Assembly (NCBI GenBank): GCA_013289145.1
Contig: JABDAM010000003.1
Coordinates: 27,301-91,300 of the forward strand
Origin: Alphaproteobacteria bacterium
GTDB lineage: Bacteria; Pseudomonadota; Alphaproteobacteria; UBA11073
Direction of reading: 5' to 3'
Length of the DNA stretch: 64,000 nucleotides
The position numbers and the translations under genes were made by a program. Below are positions 37,369-46,013 of this stretch, in pieces; positions within the stretch are counted from its first letter, which is position 1, and every line of letters starts with the position of its first letter. The notes beneath the pieces were generated by a model. That model did not search any database, was not told the DNA's origin, and saw only the letters and a list, made by a program, of their open reading frames with translations.

Positions 37369-37402
37369 GGGGGCGCCTATCGCTAGGCGCCCCGATTTTT
37401 TT
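37369..37402. terminator. Bidirectional rho-independent terminator
   Basis: ggggcgcct-atcgct-aggcgcccc is flanked by an A-run and a T-run. It sits between convergent genes. Confidence 0.8.
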
Positions 37403-37417
37403 CAACTGACGATTAAA

Positions 37418-37987
37418 TTATCGTGCAGCAGGTGCGGCAGGCGCAGCAGGTGTTGAACCGGCAGGCATTTTGCTGTTGTTTGCAGGCGCGCTAGCAGGCA
37501 TTGGAGCCGTTGCAGGCGTTGTTGCGTTAGGCGCAGAGGCTACCGTAGGTGCCGGTGTCGCAGCAGGCGCAGGCTCAGCATTCGGTGCGGAAGCCATTGC
37601 AGGCGCAGACGGCGCGTTTGGAGCGGTTGGCGCAGACGTGTTGTTGTTAGATGCGGCAGTCATCGCGTTATTGCTGGCAGGAGACGCAGCAGATGCAGCG
37701 GTCGTGCTGGACGGCGTGTTAGGGCCAGTGGTCGTCAGCGTGTTTTGCTTTTCGATGCTGGTCAAAGTCGTAGCGCCGATGCCGGGAACGTTTTTCAAGT
37801 CGCTAGCCGATTGGAAAGGGCCGTGTTGATTGCGGTAAGCAACGATTGCTTGCGCTTTTGCAGGGCCGATGCCGTTCAGCTGTTGCAGCTGTTCAGGTGT
37901 CGCCGTGTTGATATTAACCGTAGCAGCCATAGCTGCGCCCGCGGTCAGCATTACTGCTGCAACCAGGGCAAGTGCGAATTTACGCAT
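37418..37987 (-). CDS. comEA: ComEA-like helix-hairpin-helix DNA-binding protein with a long A/P/S/N-rich tail
   Basis: A signal peptide is followed by VNINTATPEQLQQLNGIGPAKAQAIVAYRNQHGPFQSASDLKNVPGIGATTL (a tandem HhH). The C-terminal ~110 aa are low complexity. Confidence 0.8.
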   Translation of the reverse strand: MRKFALALVAAVMLTAGAAMAATVNINTATPEQLQQLNGIGPAKAQAIVAYRNQHGPFQSASDLKNVPGIGATTLTSIEKQNTLTTTGPNTPSSTTAASAASPASNNAMTAASNNNTSAPTAPNAPSAPAMASAPNAEPAPAATPAPTVASAPNATTPATAPMPASAPANNSKMPAGSTPAAPAAPAAR

Positions 37988-38113
37988 GAGATTCTCCCGT
38001 AGAAGTTTTGATGCGGCGGAATGCCGCGTCCTTGGGCGTAATAAAACACAAATTATGGCAATGGCAAGTGGGGTAGGGGGTTAAATTGTGGTAATGGGGA
38101 TTTGATCTGGTAT

Positions 38114-38557
38114 TCAGATCAAGCGCACAAAGTAGTTTTGAACAGACGCAAAATCGTAATAGTAACCCTGCCATCCGGCGCGTTTTGCCGTTGCGCTCAA
38201 TGCTTTTCTTGCTTTGAATATTTCAGGTTTCTGAAGGTCTGAGGGCAGATAGTAAACGGCAATTTCCTTTCCGTTTATCAAAACCAAAAATAACGGAAAA
38301 TATATTCCTGCCGCCATCCTTTCGGATTGCGGCTTCCAGGCCGCGGATAAAACCCGTTTGGGCGGTTTTTGAATGTCTTTGACGTTTTGTGTTTTGACTT
38401 GCGCCAAATAGCCGCAGAAATCACATATAATATCAGCGCATTTGAAATTGGGCGGCAGCAATTTTAATGTTTGCGAACGTTTGCACCTGGGACAGGCGCA
38501 TTTTTTTGCAATGAGCTGTTCCCCTCGTTTCCCCAGTTCTTGTTTGGCTGTTGCCAT
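38114..38557 (-). CDS. Hypothetical Cys4 zinc-ribbon protein, possibly a PD-(D/E)xK-like nuclease
   Basis: 147 aa with GKRGEQLIA, then CxxC-x19-CxxC (CPRCKRS...CDFCGY), then ADIICD...AQVK, which resembles a D...(E/Q)xK motif. Confidence 0.45.
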   Translation of the reverse strand: MATAKQELGKRGEQLIAKKCACPRCKRSQTLKLLPPNFKCADIICDFCGYLAQVKTQNVKDIQKPPKRVLSAAWKPQSERMAAGIYFPLFLVLINGKEIAVYYLPSDLQKPEIFKARKALSATAKRAGWQGYYYDFASVQNYFVRLI

Positions 38558-38669
38558 TTAACACTCCGAACGTGTGCATATTCATTAAATGCCCGGTGGG
38601 GGCTTTGCCAAGGTATTGATTTGTAATAAATTAGGCAAATCACTTATCTCGAAGAACCCGAGGAACCCC

Positions 38670-41372
38670 ATGGCTGTTAATACTCCGCATCACGATACTT
38701 TGGCGACACGATCGACTTTGGAGGTCGGCGGGAAAAAGTACGCTTATTACTCATTGGAAAAGGCGGCGGAGGCTTTGGGCGATATTTCGCGCCTGCCGTT
38801 TTCGATGAAGGTTTTACTGGAATGCCTGTTGCGGACCGAGGACGGCGTGGCGGTGCAGCAAAAGGATATCCGCGCGCTGGCGGCCTGGCTGAAGGAGCGC
38901 CGCAGCGACGATGAAATTCAATTCACGCCCGCGCGCGTGTTGATGCAGCACTTTACGGGTGTGCCCGCCGTGGCGGATTTGGCCGCGATGCGCGATGGCA
39001 TTACGAAATTGGGCGGCAAGGCTTCGCAAATCAATCCGCTGGTGGCCGTTGATCTGGTCATCGACCATTCGGTGATGGTGGATGAATTCGGCTCGCCGCG
39101 CGCGTTTGAACGCAATGTGGATATCGAATTCGAACGCAATGGCGAGCGTTATGAATTCCTGCGCTGGGGCCAGAATGCCTTTAAAAACTTCCGCGTCGTG
39201 CCGCCGGGCACGGGGATTTGCCACCAGGTGAATTTGGAATATCTGGCGCAGACCGTCTGGACGCGCGAGGAAGAGGGCGGCGATATCGTAGCATATCCTG
39301 ATACGCTGGTGGGCACCGACAGCCATACGACAATGCTAAATGGCCTGGCTGTGTTGGGCTGGGGCGTCGGCGGGATTGAGGCTGAGGCCGCGATGCTCGG
39401 CCAACCGACATCGATGTTAATTCCAGAGGTGATCGGATTCAAATTGCATGGTTCGCTGCGCGAAGGCGTGACGGCGACGGATTTGGTTTTGACGGTCACG
39501 GAAATGCTGCGCAAAAAAGGCGTGGTGGGTAAGTTTGTGGAATTTTACGGCGCGGGATTATCGAACCTGTCGCTTGCAGACCGCGCGACGATTGCGAATA
39601 TGGCGCCGGAATATGGCGCGACGTGCGGTTTCTTCCCGATTGATGCGGAAACCATTCGTTATCTGTCCTTCACCGGCCGCGATCCGCATCGCGTGGCGCT
39701 GGTTGAGGCTTATGCGAAACGTCAAGGTTTGTGGCGTTATGATACCGATGCCGATCCGGAATTTACGGATACGCTGGAACTGGATTTGGGTAATGTGAAA
39801 TCCTCCGTCGCCGGCCCGCGCCGTCCGCAAGACCGCGTGGAATTGGAAAACGTCGCCGCCGCGTTTGAAAAGGAAATGCCGACCCTGGGCGTAACGCCGG
39901 AGGTGCGCGAGAAAACCGTCGCGGTTGAAGGCACGGGATATAATATCAAACACGGCGACGTCGTCATCGCGGCGATTACATCATGCACCAATACTTCAAA
40001 CCCATCCGTGATGATCGCGGCGGGATTGGTCGCGAAAAATGCGGCGGCGAAGGGATTGAAAGTTAAACCGTGGGTGAAAACTTCACTTGCGCCCGGATCG
40101 CAAGTCGTGACGGATTATTTAAATCAGGCGGGTTTGACGGAGCCGTTAAACCAGCTTGGGTTCAATCTGGTGGGTTATGGCTGCACGACCTGCATCGGCA
40201 ATTCCGGCCCGCTGCCGGATCACATTTCCAAGGCGGTTGAGGCGGGCGATTTATGTGTCGCTTCCGTCCTGTCCGGCAATCGAAATTTCGAAGGCCGCGT
40301 CCAGCAACAGGTGAAGGCAAATTATCTGACATCGCCGCCGCTCGTTGTCGCATACGCGCTGGCGGGTTCGGTGCTGGTGGATTTGACGAGCGCGCCGCTG
40401 GGCAGCGACGGCAAAGGCAATCCGGTTTACCTGAAGGACATCTGGCCGACGAATGAAGAAATTCTGAATGCCATGACACAAAGCCTGACGCCGGAAATGT
40501 TCAAATCGCGTTACAGCAATGTGTTTGTCGGGCCGAAACAGTGGCAGACTTTACCGACGGCGAAAGGTGAGACTTACAGCTGGGTTGAAAAATCCACTTA
40601 CGTCAAACAGCCGCCGTTTTTTGAAGATATCGCGAATACCAATACCAATGCGGCGGCGGACATCACCGGCGCGCGGGCGCTCGCGATTTTGGGCGACAGC
40701 GTGACGACCGATCATATTTCCCCGGCGGGCAATATCAAAAAATCCAGCCCGGCGGGTGAGTATTTGATTGCGCACGGCGTTGAGCCGATTGATTTCAACT
40801 CTTACGGCGCGCGGCGCGGGAACCATGAAGTGATGATGCGCGGGACGTTCGCGAACATCCGCATCAAAAACGAAATGGTGCCGGGCGTTGAAGGCGGCGT
40901 GACTAAATACCTGCCGACCGGCGAACAAATGGCGATTTACGATGCCGCGATGAAATATCAGGCAGACGGCACGCCGCTGCTCATCATCGCGGGCAAAGAA
41001 TACGGCACGGGTTCATCGCGCGACTGGGCGGCGAAGGGGACAAAGTTGCTGGGCGCGCGCGCAGTGATTGCGGAAAGCTTTGAACGGATTCACCGCTCCA
41101 ACCTCGTCGGCATGGGCGTTTTGCCGCTGCAATTCCCCGACGGCGTCACGCGTAAAACGTTGGAACTGCAAGGTGATGAAACTTTCGCGCTGACCGGCAT
41201 TTCCGCGGGGATTAAACCGAAGATGAAAGTCAACCTGGAAATCCGCCGCGCCACCGGCCAAACGGAAACCGTGCCGCTGATCTGCCGCATTGATACGCTG
41301 AACGAGGTTGGATATTACCTGTCGGGCGGTATTTTGACCTTCGTTTTGCGCCACATGGCGAAGCGGGCATAA
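38670..41372 (+). CDS. acnA: Aconitate hydratase A
   Basis: The start is set at [11 protein letters not shown]; the ORF track starts at 38589. Fe-S ligand motifs are present ([18 protein letters not shown]), with full-length AcnA colinearity. Confidence 0.95.
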   Translation: MAVNTPHHDTLATRSTLEVGGKKYAYYSLEKAAEALGDISRLPFSMKVLLECLLRTEDGVAVQQKDIRALAAWLKERRSDDEIQFTPARVLMQHFTGVPAVADLAAMRDGITKLGGKASQINPLVAVDLVIDHSVMVDEFGSPRAFERNVDIEFERNGERYEFLRWGQNAFKNFRVVPPGTGICHQVNLEYLAQTVWTREEEGGDIVAYPDTLVGTDSHTTMLNGLAVLGWGVGGIEAEAAMLGQPTSMLIPEVIGFKLHGSLREGVTATDLVLTVTEMLRKKGVVGKFVEFYGAGLSNLSLADRATIANMAPEYGATCGFFPIDAETIRYLSFTGRDPHRVALVEAYAKRQGLWRYDTDADPEFTDTLELDLGNVKSSVAGPRRPQDRVELENVAAAFEKEMPTLGVTPEVREKTVAVEGTGYNIKHGDVVIAAITSCTNTSNPSVMIAAGLVAKNAAAKGLKVKPWVKTSLAPGSQVVTDYLNQAGLTEPLNQLGFNLVGYGCTTCIGNSGPLPDHISKAVEAGDLCVASVLSGNRNFEGRVQQQVKANYLTSPPLVVAYALAGSVLVDLTSAPLGSDGKGNPVYLKDIWPTNEEILNAMTQSLTPEMFKSRYSNVFVGPKQWQTLPTAKGETYSWVEKSTYVKQPPFFEDIANTNTNAAADITGARALAILGDSVTTDHISPAGNIKKSSPAGEYLIAHGVEPIDFNSYGARRGNHEVMMRGTFANIRIKNEMVPGVEGGVTKYLPTGEQMAIYDAAMKYQADGTPLLIIAGKEYGTGSSRDWAAKGTKLLGARAVIAESFERIHRSNLVGMGVLPLQFPDGVTRKTLELQGDETFALTGISAGIKPKMKVNLEIRRATGQTETVPLICRIDTLNEVGYYLSGGILTFVLRHMAKRA

Positions 41373-41430
41373 AAAGCAAGAAAAGACTCGCTTTTTACCG
41401 CGGGGACAATTATAGACGTTTTTCTGGTGC

Positions 41431-41505
41431 GCCGGCTTAGCACAGTGGTAGTGCAGCGGTTTTGTAAACCGAAGGTCGCGGGTTCAAATCCTGCAGCCGG
41501 CACCA
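41431..41505 (+). tRNA. tRNA-Thr (anticodon TGT)
   Basis: I folded the cloverleaf by hand. The acceptor gccggct pairs with agccggc, the D-arm is gcac/gtgc, the anticodon stem is gcggt/accga with loop ttTGTaa, the T-arm is gcggg-ttcaaat-cctgc, and CCA is encoded. Confidence 0.9.
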
Positions 41506-41526
41506 TTCTTTCCGAACGCAGCCAGG

Positions 41527-41820
41527 TTAAGCGCCCTTTTTCTTTTTCACGCCGAAATATTTTTCCAGCACCAGTTTATACCCCTGGTGTGGCTCATCAT
41601 TCAAAAACCGCGCGACGCGCGTAACCGTGGTGGTGGAGGTGCCGATTTTCGCCGCGATGTCGCGGTAAGACAGTTCGCCTGCATTCAATAACTGCGCCGC
41701 CGTCCAGCGCGCTTCGAATTCACGGATTTCCGCAGGGGTGCAGAGGTCGCGCAAAAACCGGCTGACTTCATCCGGCGTTTTAAGCGAGGCGATGGCGGCG
41801 GCTAAATCAATCATGTCCAT
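41527..41820 (-). CDS. TrpR-like YerC/YecD-family DNA-binding protein
   Basis: 97 aa starting at MDMIDLAAAIASLKTPDEVSRFLRDLCTPAEI...SYRDIAAKIGTSTTTVTRVARFL. The longer ORF-track version (to 42240) runs antisense into pdhA. Confidence 0.7.
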   Translation of the reverse strand: MDMIDLAAAIASLKTPDEVSRFLRDLCTPAEIREFEARWTAAQLLNAGELSYRDIAAKIGTSTTTVTRVARFLNDEPHQGYKLVLEKYFGVKKKKGA

Positions 41821-41998
41821 GCATACTAGCACGATAATACGAAGCCTGGCAAGGTTTGCCGCTGGATGGCTCCGAGTTTGCACGCTCTTCGCATCTGCAC
41901 AGACAGGGTGCAGCAACGGCTTGCGCGGCGCAGCGGATTGGCCTATTTCATCGCAAGAATTAGCAGCCCATTTTGGGGCCATGTTCGGGCGGGAGTAA

Positions 41999-43018
41999 AT
42001 GGTGAGCAAAACAAAATCCGAAGAGCAAAAACTGCGCGGCTCCGGCGATAACAGCAAACTTTCCGTCTCCGAAATCCTGAAAATGTACGAAGATATGCTG
42101 CTCATCCGGCGGTTTGAGGAGCGGGCGGGACAGTTGTACGGCATGGGCCTGATCGGCGGTTTTTGCCATTTATATATCGGCCAGGAAGCCGTGGTGGTGG
42201 GCATCCAATCCGCGCAAAAGCCGGAAGACAGCGTAATCACCGCCTACCGCGATCATGGCCACATGCTCGCCTGCGGTATGGAGCCGGGTGGCGTCATGGC
42301 GGAGTTGACGGGGCGTATAGGCGGACTGTCAAAGGGCAAGGGTGGTTCGATGCACATGTTCAGCCGCGAGAAAAAGTTTTACGGCGGCCATGGCATCGTC
42401 GGCGCGCAGATTCCCATCGGCGCTGGTTTAGGTTTTGCTCATAAGTATTTGAAAGATGGTGGGGTTAACATCGCCTATATGGGTGACGGCGCGTCCAACC
42501 AGGGGCAGGTGTATGAGGCCTTTAACATGGCGGCACTGTGGAAGCTGCCGGTCGTATTCGTGATTGAAAACAACCAGTATGGCATGGGCACATCGGTCGC
42601 GCGCCACGCGGCGGGGGAATTGTATAAACGCGGCGCGGGTTACGACATTCCCGGCGAACGCATTGACGGCATGGATGTTCTGGCCGTGCGCAAAGCCGCG
42701 ATGGATGCATTGGAACACGCACGCAGCGGCAAAGGTCCGGTGCTGCTCGAAATGATGACCTATCGTTACCGTGGCCATTCCATGTCTGATCCGGCGAAAT
42801 ACCGGACAAAGGAAGAATTGGATCACGTCCGCGAAGAGCGTGATCCGATTGAGCGTTTGAAAGGCCAGTTGCTGCGCGATTACGGCGTGAAGGAAACGGA
42901 CCTGGCACCCATCGAAGAACGCGTGAAAGAAGAATGCCTGCGCGCGGTTGAGTTTTCCAAAGAGTCCCCTGAACCCGATCCGTCTGAATTGTGGACGGAT
43001 GTTTTGGTGGAGGCATAA
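41999..43018 (+). CDS. pdhA: Pyruvate dehydrogenase E1 component alpha subunit
   Basis: 339 aa with a ThDP-binding region (GDGASNQG...NN), colinear with PdhA. Confidence 0.95.
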   Translation: MVSKTKSEEQKLRGSGDNSKLSVSEILKMYEDMLLIRRFEERAGQLYGMGLIGGFCHLYIGQEAVVVGIQSAQKPEDSVITAYRDHGHMLACGMEPGGVMAELTGRIGGLSKGKGGSMHMFSREKKFYGGHGIVGAQIPIGAGLGFAHKYLKDGGVNIAYMGDGASNQGQVYEAFNMAALWKLPVVFVIENNQYGMGTSVARHAAGELYKRGAGYDIPGERIDGMDVLAVRKAAMDALEHARSGKGPVLLEMMTYRYRGHSMSDPAKYRTKEELDHVREERDPIERLKGQLLRDYGVKETDLAPIEERVKEECLRAVEFSKESPEPDPSELWTDVLVEA

Positions 43019-44434
43019 ATGGCGATTGATATTCTAATGCCCGCTTTATCGCCTACGATGACCGAGGGCAAAATCGCCCGTTGGTTGGTGAAGGAGGGCG
43101 ACGCGATTAAATCCGGCAAAGTCCTATGCGAAATCGAAACCGATAAAGCCACGATGGAAGTTGAGGCGGTGGATGAGGGTACGCTGTTAAAAATCGTCGT
43201 GCCGGAAGGCGCGGAAGGTGTTGCGGTGAATAGTGTGATCGCGGCGCTGGGCGCGAAGGGCGAAGTATACGAGCAGACGAGCAGACGAGCAGACGAGCAG
43301 ACGAGAAAAAGTACTGATGCCGTCGCGAATGCCCCTGTTATTGATCCGGGGTGTATTCCTGGAATGTCGCCCGCCAACCAAACGCAACAAATCTCGTCTG
43401 CTCGTCTGCTCGTCTGCTCGTCTGCTGATGAGGAAAAATTCTATTCTGGCGGCACGAAAACCATGACCGTGCGCGAAGCGCTCCGCGAAGCCATGTCCGA
43501 AGAAATGCGCCGCGACCCGACCGTGTTTTTAATGGGTGAAGAAGTCGCGGAATATAACGGCGCGTACAAAGTGTCGCAGGGCATGCTGGATGAATTCGGC
43601 CCAGAGCGCGTGATTGATACGCCGATTACCGAAATGGGTTTCGCGGGTCTGGGCGTTGGTGCGGCGTTTGGCGGCCTGAAACCCATTGTTGAATTTATGA
43701 CAATGAACTTTTCGATGCAGGCGATTGACCACATCGTGAATTCCGCCGCCAAGACATTATATATGTCCGGCGGCCAGATGGGTTGCCCGATTGTTTTTCG
43801 TGGTCCCAACGGCGCGGCGGCGCGCGTGGGTGCGCAGCACAGCCAATGTTTCGCGTCCTGGTACGCGCATATTCCAGGCCTGTATGTGCTGGCGCCGTGG
43901 AACGCGGCGGACGCGAAAGGCCTGATGAAGGCCGCGATCCGCAATCCAAACCCCGTCGTGTTTTTGGAAAACGAAATCATGTATGGCCAGTCGTTCGAAG
44001 TGCCGGTGCATGATGATTTCGTCCTGCCCATCGGCCGCGCGAAAATTGAACGCGCGGGCAAGGATGTCACCATCGTCGCTTACGCCATCATGGTGGGCAA
44101 GGCGTTGCAGGCGGCGGAAGAATTATGGAAACTCGGCATCGATGCGGAGGTGATTAACCTGCGCTCCATACGTCCGCTCGACGTTGAAACCATCGCCGCG
44201 AGTGTGCGCAAAACCAACCGCCTGGTGAGCGTTGAAGAAAGCTGGCCGTTTGCCGGCATCGGCTCCGAAATGGCGGCCTTGATGATGGAGCATTGTTTTG
44301 ATGATCTCGACGCGCCGATTGCGCGCGTATGTCATAAGGATGTGCCGTTGCCCTATGCCGCGAACCTGGAAAAACTCGCCTTGCCGCAGATTGAAGATAT
44401 CGTCGCGGCCGCGCGGGGAGTTTGCAACCGATGA
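43019..44434 (+). CDS. pdhB: Pyruvate dehydrogenase E1 beta subunit with an N-terminal lipoyl domain
   Basis: A lipoyl domain ([14 protein letters not shown]) is followed by a linker and then the E1-beta core ([15 protein letters not shown]...). The linker is encoded by the octamer-array repeat. Confidence 0.95.
   Translation: MAIDILMPALSPTMTEGKIARWLVKEGDAIKSGKVLCEIETDKATMEVEAVDEGTLLKIVVPEGAEGVAVNSVIAALGAKGEVYEQTSRRADEQTRKSTDAVANAPVIDPGCIPGMSPANQTQQISSARLLVCSSADEEKFYSGGTKTMTVREALREAMSEEMRRDPTVFLMGEEVAEYNGAYKVSQGMLDEFGPERVIDTPITEMGFAGLGVGAAFGGLKPIVEFMTMNFSMQAIDHIVNSAAKTLYMSGGQMGCPIVFRGPNGAAARVGAQHSQCFASWYAHIPGLYVLAPWNAADAKGLMKAAIRNPNPVVFLENEIMYGQSFEVPVHDDFVLPIGRAKIERAGKDVTIVAYAIMVGKALQAAEELWKLGIDAEVINLRSIRPLDVETIAASVRKTNRLVSVEESWPFAGIGSEMAALMMEHCFDDLDAPIARVCHKDVPLPYAANLEKLALPQIEDIVAAARGVCNR
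43267..43427. repeat. Inverted octamer-array element (copy B, in frame inside pdhB)
   Basis: Four perfect cagacgag units (43274..43305) face four perfect ctcgtctg units (43393..43424) across an 87-bp spacer. This is a 32-bp perfect inverted repeat. Confidence 0.9.
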
Positions 44435-45756
44435 GCATCGAAATTTTAATGCCCGCCCTGTCGCCGACGATGACGGAGGGGAAACTCGCGCGCTGGCTGG
44501 TAAAGGAAGGCGACGAAATTAAATCCGGAAAAGTTTTGTGCGAAATTGAAACCGACAAAGCGACCATGGAAGTTGAGGCGGTGGATGAGGGGACATTATT
44601 AAAAATCGTCGTGCCGGAAGGCAGTGAAGGCGTTGCGGTGAATTCAGTGATTGCGGCATTGGGCAAGGCTGGAGAAAAGTACGAAGCTAAGCAGACGAGC
44701 GGACGAGCAGACGAGCAGACGAGCAAGCCTGCAGCTGCATTAACACCACTTTCAAATATTTCCGCCCAATCATCGCAAGCACTATCACAAGATTTCGTCT
44801 ACTCGTCTGCTCGTCTGCTCGTCACTAACCAAGGCCGCATCGCTGCGTCACCCGTCGCAAAACGCATCGCGCAGGAACGCGGCGTGAATTTATACGCCGT
44901 CATCGGTACGGGCCCGAACGGGCGGATTGTGAAGGAAGACGTGTTGAACGCGGTTCAGCAGACGAGCAGACGAGCAGACGAGCAGACCAGTGCAACAAAA
45001 TTGCCTACGCCAGCGCAAGCGATTCCTGCCGCTGCCGCAGGGCCGAACGCGAAACAACTCGCAGATTTGCTTGGCCAGAAATATACCGAAGTTAAAAATT
45101 CGCCCGTCCGCAAAATCATCGCCAAACGCCTGACGGAATCCAAACAAACAGTGCCGCATTTTTATCTGACGGTGGATTGTGAACTCGATGCGCTCCTGGC
45201 CGCGCGCAAAGCGTTGAATGAAAAAGAAAACGCCAAGATTTCCGTCAACGACGCGATCATCAAGGCGGTCGCCCTGGCACTGCGCGAAGTGCCCGCCGCC
45301 AACGCCGCCTGGACGGAAGAGGCGATTTTGAAATATACCGATGTGGATATTTCTGTGGCGGTCGCCACGGCGGACGGTTTGGTCACGCCGATTATAAAAG
45401 GCGCGGACGGCAAAAGCCTGGTGCAAATCTCAACCGAAATGCGCGACTTGGCCGCCCGCGCGCGCGACAATAAATTAAAACCCACCGAATTCCAGGGCGG
45501 CGGATTTACGATTTCCAACCTCGGCATGTTCGGCATCAAAAATTTCGCGGCCATCATCAACCCGCCGCAGGGTTGCATCCTGGCCGTCGGTGCTGGCGTG
45601 AAAAGCGCGGTGGTAAAGGATGATAAACTTGCGATTGCAACGGTGATGAACGTGACGCTATCAGTCGATCACCGCGTGGTGGACGGCGCCGTGGGCGCGG
45701 AATTTTTGGCGGCGTTTAAGAAATTGATTGAAGCACCGTCAGTGTGGGTTAAATAA
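44431..45756 (+). CDS. pdhC: Pyruvate dehydrogenase E2 (dihydrolipoamide acetyltransferase)
   Basis: The ATG overlaps the pdhB TGA (ATGA). It has a lipoyl domain, a PSBD ([16 protein letters not shown]) and a catalytic domain ([10 protein letters not shown]). Confidence 0.95.
   Translation: MSIEILMPALSPTMTEGKLARWLVKEGDEIKSGKVLCEIETDKATMEVEAVDEGTLLKIVVPEGSEGVAVNSVIAALGKAGEKYEAKQTSGRADEQTSKPAAALTPLSNISAQSSQALSQDFVYSSARLLVTNQGRIAASPVAKRIAQERGVNLYAVIGTGPNGRIVKEDVLNAVQQTSRRADEQTSATKLPTPAQAIPAAAAGPNAKQLADLLGQKYTEVKNSPVRKIIAKRLTESKQTVPHFYLTVDCELDALLAARKALNEKENAKISVNDAIIKAVALALREVPAANAAWTEEAILKYTDVDISVAVATADGLVTPIIKGADGKSLVQISTEMRDLAARARDNKLKPTEFQGGGFTISNLGMFGIKNFAAIINPPQGCILAVGAGVKSAVVKDDKLAIATVMNVTLSVDHRVVDGAVGAEFLAAFKKLIEAPSVWVK
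44692..44823. repeat. Inverted octamer-array element (copy C, in frame inside pdhC linker 1)
   Basis: The left arm is cagacgag-cggacgag-cagacgag-cagacgag (44692..44723). The right arm is ttcgtcta-ctcgtctg-ctcgtctg-ctcgtc (44794..44823). Confidence 0.9.
44959..44990 (+). repeat. Solo octamer array (copy D, in frame inside pdhC linker 2)
   Basis: Three perfect cagacgag units plus cagaccag. No inverted partner lies nearby. Confidence 0.8.
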
Positions 45757-46010
45757 TGACCAACTTTAATTTCTTTCCTCGCAGAAATCAAAAAGGGATA
45801 ACGCCTTTGGTGCAAATTAGAGTTACTGATCCGGATTTCTGTTCAGACGCTAGAATTCATGACAAAACCGGAAATGTTTGTCCTAATCTGGTGGCCGCAA
45901 CTTATTCTCCGAATGAAACACGGATTGTTTGCAGCCGCGGGGATTGCGATAATTGGACGCAAAATGGCGGAATTATAGGGTATTCCAGCCATCATAAACT
46001 AACGAGTTAA
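45756..46010 (+). CDS. Small hypothetical protein (84 aa, four Cys) wedged between pdhC and lpdA
   Basis: The ATG overlaps the pdhC TAA (TAATG). The ORF is AT-richer than the operon around it and ends 3 nt before lpdA. Confidence 0.45.
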   Translation: MTNFNFFPRRNQKGITPLVQIRVTDPDFCSDARIHDKTGNVCPNLVAATYSPNETRIVCSRGDCDNWTQNGGIIGYSSHHKLTS

Positions 46011-46013
46011 TCA

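Noticed and set aside
41315-41624. Small ORFs (63 aa minus strand, 65 aa plus strand) overlapping the tRNA-Thr gene
   Set aside because: They are fully explained by the tRNA, which folds as a complete cloverleaf.
41821-42240. N-terminal extension of the TrpR-like ORF (237-aa version)
   Set aside because: The recognisable YerC/YecD-like protein starts at the ATG at 41820. The extension overlaps the pdhA start region in antisense and has no recognisable features.
43267-44990. Octamer arrays as a possible CRISPR array or simple microsatellite
   Set aside because: The repeat unit is only 8 bp and tandem, without spacers between units. The arrays lie inside translated linkers and no cas genes are present, so this is not CRISPR. 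The inverted pairing and the extra copy at 29125..29240 argue against a plain slippage microsatellite.
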